A stretch of DNA of 64,000 nt, taken from contig CAVQRT010000003.1 in assembly GCA_963715195.1 (NCBI GenBank), positions 160,001 to 224,000 on the forward strand, given 5' to 3'. The stretch is from Thermodesulfovibrionales bacterium (GTDB lineage Bacteria; Nitrospirota; Thermodesulfovibrionia; Thermodesulfovibrionales; SM23-35). Shown here piece after piece: positions 29,175-36,523 of the stretch. The notes beneath the pieces were generated by a model, which did no database searches, was not told the DNA's origin, and worked only from the letters and a program-made list of their open reading frames with translations. The first letter of the stretch is position 1, and every line of letters starts with the position of its first letter. Made by a program: the position numbers and the translations under genes.

Positions 29175-29204
29175 ACTATACTGATGAATATTCATCGTTG
29201 TCAA
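29175..29204 (-). promoter_or_regulatory. Sigma-70 promoter of the riboswitch-antiporter transcript
   Basis: TTGACA-18 bp-TATAGT ending about 10 nt before the aptamer; spacer contains palindrome GATGAATATTCATC. Confidence 0.75.
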
Positions 29205-29361
29205 TATGAAAGCACGGCCATCCAGAGAGCAGTGATTCCGGTTTTCCGCTGATCGATAATTTTTATGTTGAAATCATGGGAGAATGCCCGTATCAGGATT
29301 GCATGCCTTCATGAACCGGCAGCCCGTGTTCCGGTTCTCTTCGGGTTGTGTATAATAGTAC

Positions 29362-29682
29362 ATGAATATATGGGCCTTTCTTCTGGGACTCATTGCAGGT
29401 CTCTTCCCGCTCACACTTATCCTGAAGTTTTTCAGGGGGAAGTTTCTGTTCATTGCAAATCCCTATGTTAAGGGCGCAACATTTGGGTTTCTCCTCTGGG
29501 GCACAATCAATATTCTCATCTTTTTCGAAGTTAGGTACAACATCCTGGGTCTCACAGAAATGGAGGAAGGGTTCGGCACGGTAATTTTATTGACCTCCTC
29601 ATTGCAGGGTTTCATAACATCAGGACTTGCGGCAGCCTTCATTTCGAAGCAGCAGTGGAAAAGAAAGGCCCCAAAGTCATAA
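29362..29682 (+). CDS. Hypothetical membrane protein (about 3 TM)
   Basis: 106 aa, three hydrophobic segments, basic tail; TATAAT 5 nt upstream of the ATG. Confidence 0.65.
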   Translation: MNIWAFLLGLIAGLFPLTLILKFFRGKFLFIANPYVKGATFGFLLWGTINILIFFEVRYNILGLTEMEEGFGTVILLTSSLQGFITSGLAAAFISKQQWKRKAPKS

Positions 29683-29688
29683 GGAACT

Positions 29689-31044
29689 TCAGTGCAACGC
29701 AGAGCCGAGTATCCAGGTGGCAATTGAAAAATAAATAATCAATCCCGTAACATCAGCCACCGAGGTAATCAGCGGATTGCTCACCACCGCGGGGTCTACC
29801 CGAATCCTTGTCAATAAGAAGGGGAGAACCACTCCGATAAAATTTGCAACCAGCACAATCAAAACCATTGCAAGCCCGACCACGATTCCGATCTCTAAAC
29901 CACCCCTGAAGATGCCGAGTACCGAACTTGCGATACCCATGGTGAGTCCCAAAAGCCCTGCCACAGCCATCTCTCTCCCCGTTGCCCAAAGCCACTGACT
30001 CAGTTTAACGTCACCGGTTGCTATGGCGCGAACCATGAGAGTAGCTGATTGAGCCCCTGCATTTCCTCCGGTAGCAATGAGGAGCGGGATGAAGAATGCC
30101 AGCGTAATGGTCGATATGAGCATCTCCTCATACGCAGCGATTACGCCCGATGCGATCAGGTTCACGAAAAGCAGCACTGAGAGCCAGATAATCCTCTTTC
30201 GGTATAAAAGCCAGACACTTGACTCTCTGTAGCTTGTTTTTAACGGGGCGACTGCCGCAACCTTGTGGAAATCTTCGGTTGCCTCCTCCTGGGCTACATC
30301 CATAAGATCGTCAATGGTCGCGATGCCGATAAGGACCCCGCCTGAATCCAGAACCGGAAGTGCAACAAGGTCATAGTGCTGAATCATTCTGACTGCTTCT
30401 TCCCGGTCCTTGAACGCAGATATTCCCACAAATGAGTAATCCATAATTTGACTGACCGGGTCTTCAGGATTCGCGAGGATAAACCTTCGCAAACTCAGGG
30501 CGTCCAGGAGTACCCAGGATCCGTCGGTAACATAGATAACATTGATCGTTTCACTGTCCGTGCCCTTGCTCCGGATGTGTTTGAGCGCCTGTCTGATCGA
30601 CCACTCAGGACGGACAGCAACATAATCAGGCGTCATGAGTCTGCCGACGCTCTCTTCAGGATAGCCAAGGAGCTGAAGCGCTTCTCTGCGGTCATGAAGG
30701 GTAAGCAGATTGAGCATCCTCTGTATAGCCTGACCCGGAAGCTCTTCCAGAAATTCTGTTCTGTCGTCAGGACTCAAAGACGCGAGGATGTTGCGAGCCT
30801 CTTCGTCCGTCAGCTCTGTTAAAAGCCTGTCCTTGTCTTTCGATTCAAGATAGGAAAATAACTCTGCGGCAAGCTGCTTTGGCAGCAGACGGAAAAGTAA
30901 CATCCGTTCACGTTTTTCAGCAGCCGGCATAAAGGCTGCGATATCAGGAGCCGGCAACCCTGCGATGAGTGGCCGAAGTTCTGCCCACTCCTGTCTCTCA
31001 ATCAGTTCCTTGATTTTTGCATTGAGTACTTCTGAATCTGTCAT
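29689..31044 (-). CDS. mgtE: Magnesium transporter MgtE
   Basis: MgtE-N, CBS pair (YPEESVGRLMTPDY, LIGIATIDD), EEATEDF, PLLIATGGNAGAQS, DPAVVSNPLITSVADVTG; start ATG 31044 with SD GGAGG. Confidence 0.96.
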   Translation of the reverse strand: MTDSEVLNAKIKELIERQEWAELRPLIAGLPAPDIAAFMPAAEKRERMLLFRLLPKQLAAELFSYLESKDKDRLLTELTDEEARNILASLSPDDRTEFLEELPGQAIQRMLNLLTLHDRREALQLLGYPEESVGRLMTPDYVAVRPEWSIRQALKHIRSKGTDSETINVIYVTDGSWVLLDALSLRRFILANPEDPVSQIMDYSFVGISAFKDREEAVRMIQHYDLVALPVLDSGGVLIGIATIDDLMDVAQEEATEDFHKVAAVAPLKTSYRESSVWLLYRKRIIWLSVLLFVNLIASGVIAAYEEMLISTITLAFFIPLLIATGGNAGAQSATLMVRAIATGDVKLSQWLWATGREMAVAGLLGLTMGIASSVLGIFRGGLEIGIVVGLAMVLIVLVANFIGVVLPFLLTRIRVDPAVVSNPLITSVADVTGLIIYFSIATWILGSALH

Positions 31045-31102
31045 CCGGTTCACCTCCCAGCCGGTATCAGCTTTCCCGCAACTTATTATGACCTACAAAC
31101 CG

Positions 31103-31225
31103 TCACCTCTTCATCAAAAATTCCTGGAGGAGTTTCTTCTCTGCATCGGCGGTACCGATGAGAATAAGTTCACCGCCCTCCCCGAGAGCGGTGGGAAATA
31201 TCTCGCATTTCTTTTTGTCTTTCAT
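31103..31225 (-). CDS. 40-aa ORF in the mgtE leader, MKDKKKCEIFPTALGEGGELILIGTADAEKKLLQEFLMKR
   Basis: Not in ORF track. ATG 31225 to TGA 31103, SD AAGGAG 6 nt upstream; C-terminal half resembles an RCK-C (TrkA-C) domain tail. Confidence 0.55.
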   Translation of the reverse strand: MKDKKKCEIFPTALGEGGELILIGTADAEKKLLQEFLMKR

Positions 31226-31240
31226 AATCAGCTCCTTTTA

Positions 31241-31337
31241 CAAAAAATACACGCGTCCGTATTGAGCGAGGCGCAGTTTCGGCTCTTCGTCAGGGAGACC
31301 GCTCTCTGATGTTCCCAGTTCGGGAAGTATTTCCTTT
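31241..31337 (-). ncRNA. Candidate structured cis-regulatory RNA upstream of mgtE (unassigned)
   Basis: Closing stem GGAAAUAC/GUAUUUUU enclosing three hairpins (31312-31326, 31290-31309, 31264-31285). Confidence 0.5.
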
Positions 31338-31434
31338 ATTGATTGCTGATACTAGTTCATGAGACCTTACTGCTTTTCAGAATGATGGAAGATCTTGGAT
31401 ATTGTTGAAATGGATACGAGATAAATCCGGAATT

Positions 31435-32133
31435 CTATAGATGACTTATATCATCCTTCCCCTCATCGCCCTTCATCTTTTTCTCCAGATATTCTTTGGC
31501 GACATCCTTCCCTCCCAGTCCAAAGGCTAATGACAGCGCAAAGACAATACCTCCGAAAATTATCGCGAAGGCAATGGTGATTGTTTCCTGCCCGATACCG
31601 AGCTGTTCAAGGGCCATGGTAACAGCGAGGAGAAAAATGGCAAGTTTCACAGACTTCCCGACAAGACTGGATAAGGTGAATCCTGCATTGACCGATGCAA
31701 TCAAAGCAGCCCGGCCAAAAAAATTGCCGAGAAAATATCCTAAGAAGAGAATGATGACAGCAACAAAAATATTCGGCAGATAGAGTATGAATCTTTCCAG
31801 AATGCTTTCGATGGCAGGAACACTGAGCATGCGCAATGAAATTATGGAAAAACTGATTATTGTCACCCAGCCGACTGTCCGGGCGAGAATATGAGAAACC
31901 GGTTCTTTGACTCCACCTTTTTTTATCATTTCGACAGCCCCGGATCTTTCTGAAATTTTGTCGAGCTTGATTGCCCGGAAAATTCTCAAAGAAAGTGACT
32001 TCAGAATAATGCCAAGGACGATACCTGCTGCAAACACCAGGACAGCAATGAAAATATCAGGAAGAAACTGCAGAAGCCTGTCCAGCAAACTGTCAAACGG
32101 TTCTATAATAACCCGGTCAAGAAAGTTGTTCAT
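31435..32133 (-). CDS. TM-helix-repeat (CmpX/MscS N-terminal-like) membrane protein
   Basis: Duplicated FLPDIFIAVLV/YLPNIFVAVII units, MALEQLGI, LSLAFGLGGKDVA. Confidence 0.8.
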   Translation of the reverse strand: MNNFLDRVIIEPFDSLLDRLLQFLPDIFIAVLVFAAGIVLGIILKSLSLRIFRAIKLDKISERSGAVEMIKKGGVKEPVSHILARTVGWVTIISFSIISLRMLSVPAIESILERFILYLPNIFVAVIILFLGYFLGNFFGRAALIASVNAGFTLSSLVGKSVKLAIFLLAVTMALEQLGIGQETITIAFAIIFGGIVFALSLAFGLGGKDVAKEYLEKKMKGDEGKDDISHL

Positions 32134-32148
32134 ATGAGCCTCCTTTCC

Positions 32149-33414
32149 TTACTTCCAGTTATCCAAAAGATAGGTTTTGTCTTTTTCAAACCTCAAACAA
32201 AGCTGCTCAATCTTCTCCTCAACTTCTGCAGCATTGCTTGCCCATGTCTCAAGAACAAAGGAAGCGATCCTCGCGAGATATAATGGCGTCAGGGATTTGA
32301 GAAGATGTTCTTTATTGAGAACCTTGTTATGAACTGCCGAAGCAAACGTGTAGATAATCCGAACCCATATTTCATCAGGAATATGGAATGCGTCTTTTTC
32401 AGCACCTGCTGCTTTCTTCAGGATATCAAGAATGTCTGCAGGGGTGAAGACTTTCCATATATCTATGAGTTCCTTCATGCCCAATCTGAATTTTTCGATC
32501 ATTCTTTCGAGATTGACTGCCACAGGCTCGAGCCCGACATCGTACCGGAAACCGAATGTTGGAATCTCCTCTGAACCGGCAACTGCCTTCCAGAGTGGGG
32601 TATATGTTTCCATCAGATCAAAAGATGCACCTACCACCTGAAAAAGCATGGCACTCAGGTCCGCGCCAGGATCTTTAGGATCATGAATCTTTGCTCCGAG
32701 AAATGACTGGCAGACCTTAAATTTGTTTGCGACCGCAGTTGTTGTCATCCATATATCGATCCCATACCGCGCGACATCCGTATCCCAGACATCCTTTGTG
32801 AGATAAAAGTTGGCAAGCTGACCGGAAAAGCCAAAGTCGCCGCCGATCGGCTGCCGTATTCGCTTACCGTAGAGCGCCCGTGTCAACGGATAAATGATGC
32901 TGTTTGTGATCGTGCCGTCGTATTTATGTCTGTGATAAAGAGGCGAAACATAATCGAAGCCCCCTTCCAAAACCGGCTTGACAAGCAATTCAACCCACTC
33001 CGGAGTGATACTCCGCAGATCAGAATCCACGACAGCACATGCCTTTACATTCAGTTCCTTCGCGATTCCGAATATTGTCCTGAAAGCACTGCCCTTGCCG
33101 GGAATCCCGTGATAGGGAGTTGCTATTTTCATGACAGGCTCAACTCTGTGATGAAGAAGAATTGCCGTGAAATCATCTATCGCGGTATTATGAACGACTT
33201 CGGTAGTACCATCTGTGGAACCACCATCTGAATTAATGAGTACCGCTCGTTTATCAGGAAAATATTTCGCCAGTCCTGCCTGAACGGCTCTCACCACATG
33301 ACCGATGGTGTGCGCATTGTTATAGCTCGGGATCCCAATGAGGATATCGGCCTCTTTCACTTTGTCAAATACGTCCTGAATGTCTTTTTTCGTAATAATA
33401 CTCTCCAAGATCAT
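32149..33414 (-). CDS. GT-A glycosyltransferase, glucosylglycerate/mannosylglycerate synthase-like
   Basis: GIPSYNNA.TI, SDGGSTDGT, PGKGSA, DSDLRSI, RHKYDGTITN, RQPIGGDF, YGIDIWMT, KIHDPK. Confidence 0.75.
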   Translation of the reverse strand: MILESIITKKDIQDVFDKVKEADILIGIPSYNNAHTIGHVVRAVQAGLAKYFPDKRAVLINSDGGSTDGTTEVVHNTAIDDFTAILLHHRVEPVMKIATPYHGIPGKGSAFRTIFGIAKELNVKACAVVDSDLRSITPEWVELLVKPVLEGGFDYVSPLYHRHKYDGTITNSIIYPLTRALYGKRIRQPIGGDFGFSGQLANFYLTKDVWDTDVARYGIDIWMTTTAVANKFKVCQSFLGAKIHDPKDPGADLSAMLFQVVGASFDLMETYTPLWKAVAGSEEIPTFGFRYDVGLEPVAVNLERMIEKFRLGMKELIDIWKVFTPADILDILKKAAGAEKDAFHIPDEIWVRIIYTFASAVHNKVLNKEHLLKSLTPLYLARIASFVLETWASNAAEVEEKIEQLCLRFEKDKTYLLDNWK

Positions 33415-33472
33415 CCTCTTACCAATATCTTATTTCTGCCATTCGATGGATGCGCTATTGTACCAGACATAT

Positions 33473-36400
33473 TCAGTATTGTCTTTCGATCATCGCTACC
33501 GGGAAATGAGAAAACATCTCTGATAGTCTCAACGCATTTGCATCATTATATTTTTCAGCGGTGACGATTTCGTCTGTAAAAATATTTTTATACCGAGCAC
33601 CATGATCTGCAATTGCTACAATAAGCCGTGAGTCCCCCCACACTTCCTTGCCAAGTGGAAGATCTTTTGGCTGCGCAAGAAGAGAGGTGAAGAACCTTGG
33701 TACAGCAACAATCGTTCTCTCGTTCCCGATTCGTCTGGCAAAAGCACATATATTTGCTGCTTTTTCCCCCATCACTTCGAGTGGAAGATACTCACCACGC
33801 TCGAAAAGCTCTCTTTTCTCCGTCCTGTATTTGAGGGCCTTATAGACAAGGTAAAGCTTCACTATTCCGCTCTCCATATCAATTGTCAAAGAATCTGTGA
33901 GAGCCGATAATGGTATCTCCTTTTCACGTCTTTGTATATGATCGAGCATCTGCACTCTCCTCCCATAATCGACAGGTCTTCGATTATCGGGGTCAACGAG
34001 GGAAAAATTCCAGAGCTCGGTTCCCTGGTAAAAATCGGGGACCCCCGGAGAGGTAATCTTCAGGAGCACCTGTGAAAGAGAGTTGAACATACCATACCAT
34101 GCGATCTTTTCCTTGAATTCAGTGCACTCCTTCAAAAAATGATTGTCCGATATATTGCTGAGGATCAGATCGATAAAAATCATGCAGGCATCTTCATACA
34201 GGGTGTTAGGATTAATCCAGCTCGTATTCACCTTTGCCTCTCTCATCGCCTTGATCATATAGTCCTTGATTCTTTTCACAAATGATTCGTATTCGTCTTC
34301 ATGCATCTCACCCGGGGGCCAGGAACCGATGAGCGTCTGGTAGAGATGATATTCTTCGTTCGCGTCAGGCACCCTCTGCCCGTCAATAAGGGGCTTTTTC
34401 TTTTTATTGATTTTTTTCCATGAAATAAGACACTTTCTCCATTCATCAGGAATTTCAGAAAGGACGTTGATACGCGATCGTACGTCTTCACACCGTTTTG
34501 CATCATGGGTTGCAGTGGCAATGAGAGCGTGGGGCCAGTATTTTAGACGCTCTATGTTCTTCCCGTGAAATGCTTCGAGGGAAGTCCCCAATCTGTCGGG
34601 GCTCCCTCCGACTTCATTGAGAGAAAGAAACCTGTTATAAATATAGCAGACAGTATCCTCAAAGCCTTTCGCCATGACAGGTCCCGTAAGCTGCTGAAAT
34701 CTCATCACAAAATCTTTCCATTCCCGCTTATCAGATTCTTCAAAATTTTCAGGATAATTAAGCAGGAGGATATCTTTCAGGAAATCAAAAATTGAGCTGC
34801 TAATAGCGGTATTTTTTCGCTTCGCCTTTGAAACCGCAAATTCTATATACCGTTGGTCCCTGTCGTCCACCACAGCCTGGGTTATGTAGGTCCTGTAAAC
34901 CGGGAAAAAGGCTATGACCTCAATGATTGCAGTAGTGAGACTGTTCAGGGTGAAGTCTCTCGTATGCCTGTTCTTTTCTGACAGCTTGTTAAGGTGATAG
35001 CCCAGGGTATTGATTTCGCTCGACATCGCGACTTCCATGATCAGCTTCTTTTTCTCATAGACGATATCCTGAAAATTAATCCTCATTTTCGTAAATCTCT
35101 CGTATATATCGGTCAAAGGTTTTGCGTTCTCTGTACGGATAAATATTCCGTTCAGCGTATTCAGGAAGACATACCCTGTAGTGCTGAAAATAGGCCAATC
35201 TTTCGGTATCCTCTCGTCCTTTATGAGGATTTTTTCACCGACGATGTAAAAAGGTTTATAGGCAGGATTGGAAGACAGAATTCTATCGTAGGTCCCAGCT
35301 ATGTCCGGAAGCGCACTTTTCGTGTCGTCAAAAGAGGGGACCTCTTCTTTCATGCTCTCAAGGACATCCTTAGGGAGGGAATTCTGCACGCCTTCAAGAT
35401 ATCCGAGCCGCAGATGAAGGAAACAGTTACGTTGCAATCGCTGAAAATATTCCAGGGGATTATGAAGGCCATCAGGATGGTCAACACGGAGACCTGTAAC
35501 ATGTCCTTTTTTGATCAGAGAGAATATGCGTCTGTGCCAGCTCTGAAATACGGCCCGCTTTTCCATCCGGATAGCCGCATAATCATTAATGTCAAAAAAC
35601 CGCCGGTAGTTTATCTCCTCTGTAGCAACTCGCCAGAAAGAAAGGCGGTAAACCTGTTCGTTCAGAAAGGAATCGAGGAGATCAAAGCTTGCCGGATCAC
35701 CCTTCGCACCGTTGAAAACAGACAGGTTCCTGTCAATGAAAGCCCGGATTTCCCGGCTTTTCTTGTAGAGTTCCCAGAGGCGTCTCTTGATGACCTCCTT
35801 TTCGCGGTTCCGCTCCTCTACTTTCTGTATATCCCGCACTGTATGCGCGGGCAAATTCTTTAACGCAGTCAGAATGCTCAGGAGTTCAGATAGGTCGGGG
35901 TTCTCTTCCCGCAGTTCTGTTTTCAAGGCTTCAATGTTCTGGCTAAGAATCATCCCATACGTCTTGGGTCTCACCGGTAATATATGATCGTGGTATGCGA
36001 CGAAGAATGTGCCCTCCCGGAATTCCAATCGGAGTTCCTGGTTTTCAAGCACTCGTCCGTAGTGGTCGCCAAGGATCGGGAGAAGAACCTTGTTTTTCAA
36101 TTCCTTCTTGACCGGATTCCAGTCTATATCAAAATATTCCGCATAGATTGAACTGCGACCATTTTCGAGCACATCCATCCACCAGGCGTTATCCTTGCTC
36201 TGGATGCACATATGATTTGGAACGATATCGAGCATCTGTCCCATCCTGTACTTGCGGAGTTCACTCATAAATCCTTGGTATTCTTGTTCCGTACCGATGT
36301 CGGGATTTAAGACATTCGGGTCGACGATATCATACCCGTGAAGACTCCCTTCCCTTGCCTTAAAATACGGTGAAGCATAGATGTCGCTTATTCCAAGCTT

Positions 36401-36511
36401 ACAGAGATATGGGACAATTGTTTTTGCATCAGTGAACCTGAAGTATCGATTGAATTGCAACCGGTATGTTGAAACAGGTATTTTTGGCATCAAGAGAGCT
36501 TCTTTCTTCAT
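33473..36511 (-). CDS. treY: Malto-oligosyltrehalose synthase
   Basis: STYRLQF, HGYDIVD, DIVPNHM, NYRRFFDI, GLRVDHPDGL, EKIL, FQQLTGPVMAKG.EDT, THDAKR, PGVPDFYQG, SLVDPDNRRPVDY. Confidence 0.96.
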   Translation of the reverse strand: MKKEALLMPKIPVSTYRLQFNRYFRFTDAKTIVPYLCKLGISDIYASPYFKAREGSLHGYDIVDPNVLNPDIGTEQEYQGFMSELRKYRMGQMLDIVPNHMCIQSKDNAWWMDVLENGRSSIYAEYFDIDWNPVKKELKNKVLLPILGDHYGRVLENQELRLEFREGTFFVAYHDHILPVRPKTYGMILSQNIEALKTELREENPDLSELLSILTALKNLPAHTVRDIQKVEERNREKEVIKRRLWELYKKSREIRAFIDRNLSVFNGAKGDPASFDLLDSFLNEQVYRLSFWRVATEEINYRRFFDINDYAAIRMEKRAVFQSWHRRIFSLIKKGHVTGLRVDHPDGLHNPLEYFQRLQRNCFLHLRLGYLEGVQNSLPKDVLESMKEEVPSFDDTKSALPDIAGTYDRILSSNPAYKPFYIVGEKILIKDERIPKDWPIFSTTGYVFLNTLNGIFIRTENAKPLTDIYERFTKMRINFQDIVYEKKKLIMEVAMSSEINTLGYHLNKLSEKNRHTRDFTLNSLTTAIIEVIAFFPVYRTYITQAVVDDRDQRYIEFAVSKAKRKNTAISSSIFDFLKDILLLNYPENFEESDKREWKDFVMRFQQLTGPVMAKGFEDTVCYIYNRFLSLNEVGGSPDRLGTSLEAFHGKNIERLKYWPHALIATATHDAKRCEDVRSRINVLSEIPDEWRKCLISWKKINKKKKPLIDGQRVPDANEEYHLYQTLIGSWPPGEMHEDEYESFVKRIKDYMIKAMREAKVNTSWINPNTLYEDACMIFIDLILSNISDNHFLKECTEFKEKIAWYGMFNSLSQVLLKITSPGVPDFYQGTELWNFSLVDPDNRRPVDYGRRVQMLDHIQRREKEIPLSALTDSLTIDMESGIVKLYLVYKALKYRTEKRELFERGEYLPLEVMGEKAANICAFARRIGNERTIVAVPRFFTSLLAQPKDLPLGKEVWGDSRLIVAIADHGARYKNIFTDEIVTAEKYNDANALRLSEMFSHFPVAMIERQY

Positions 36512-36523
36512 CCCCGACCTTCT

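Noticed and set aside
31265..31310. Hammerhead-like strings GUC...CUGACGA...GAAAC in the mgtE leader
   Set aside because: Only 3 nt lie where stem I should be and stem II cannot form, so a functional hammerhead is unlikely; a co-transcriptional cleavage test would settle it
31060..31430. M-box (ykoK) riboswitch before mgtE
   Set aside because: M-box consensus segments not found; the region is reported as an unassigned structure instead
34994..35863. 289-aa plus-strand ORF and similar long antisense ORFs over treZ, treS, glgE, ABC and mscS genes
   Set aside because: Fully antisense to well-supported genes, with no domain signatures or SD
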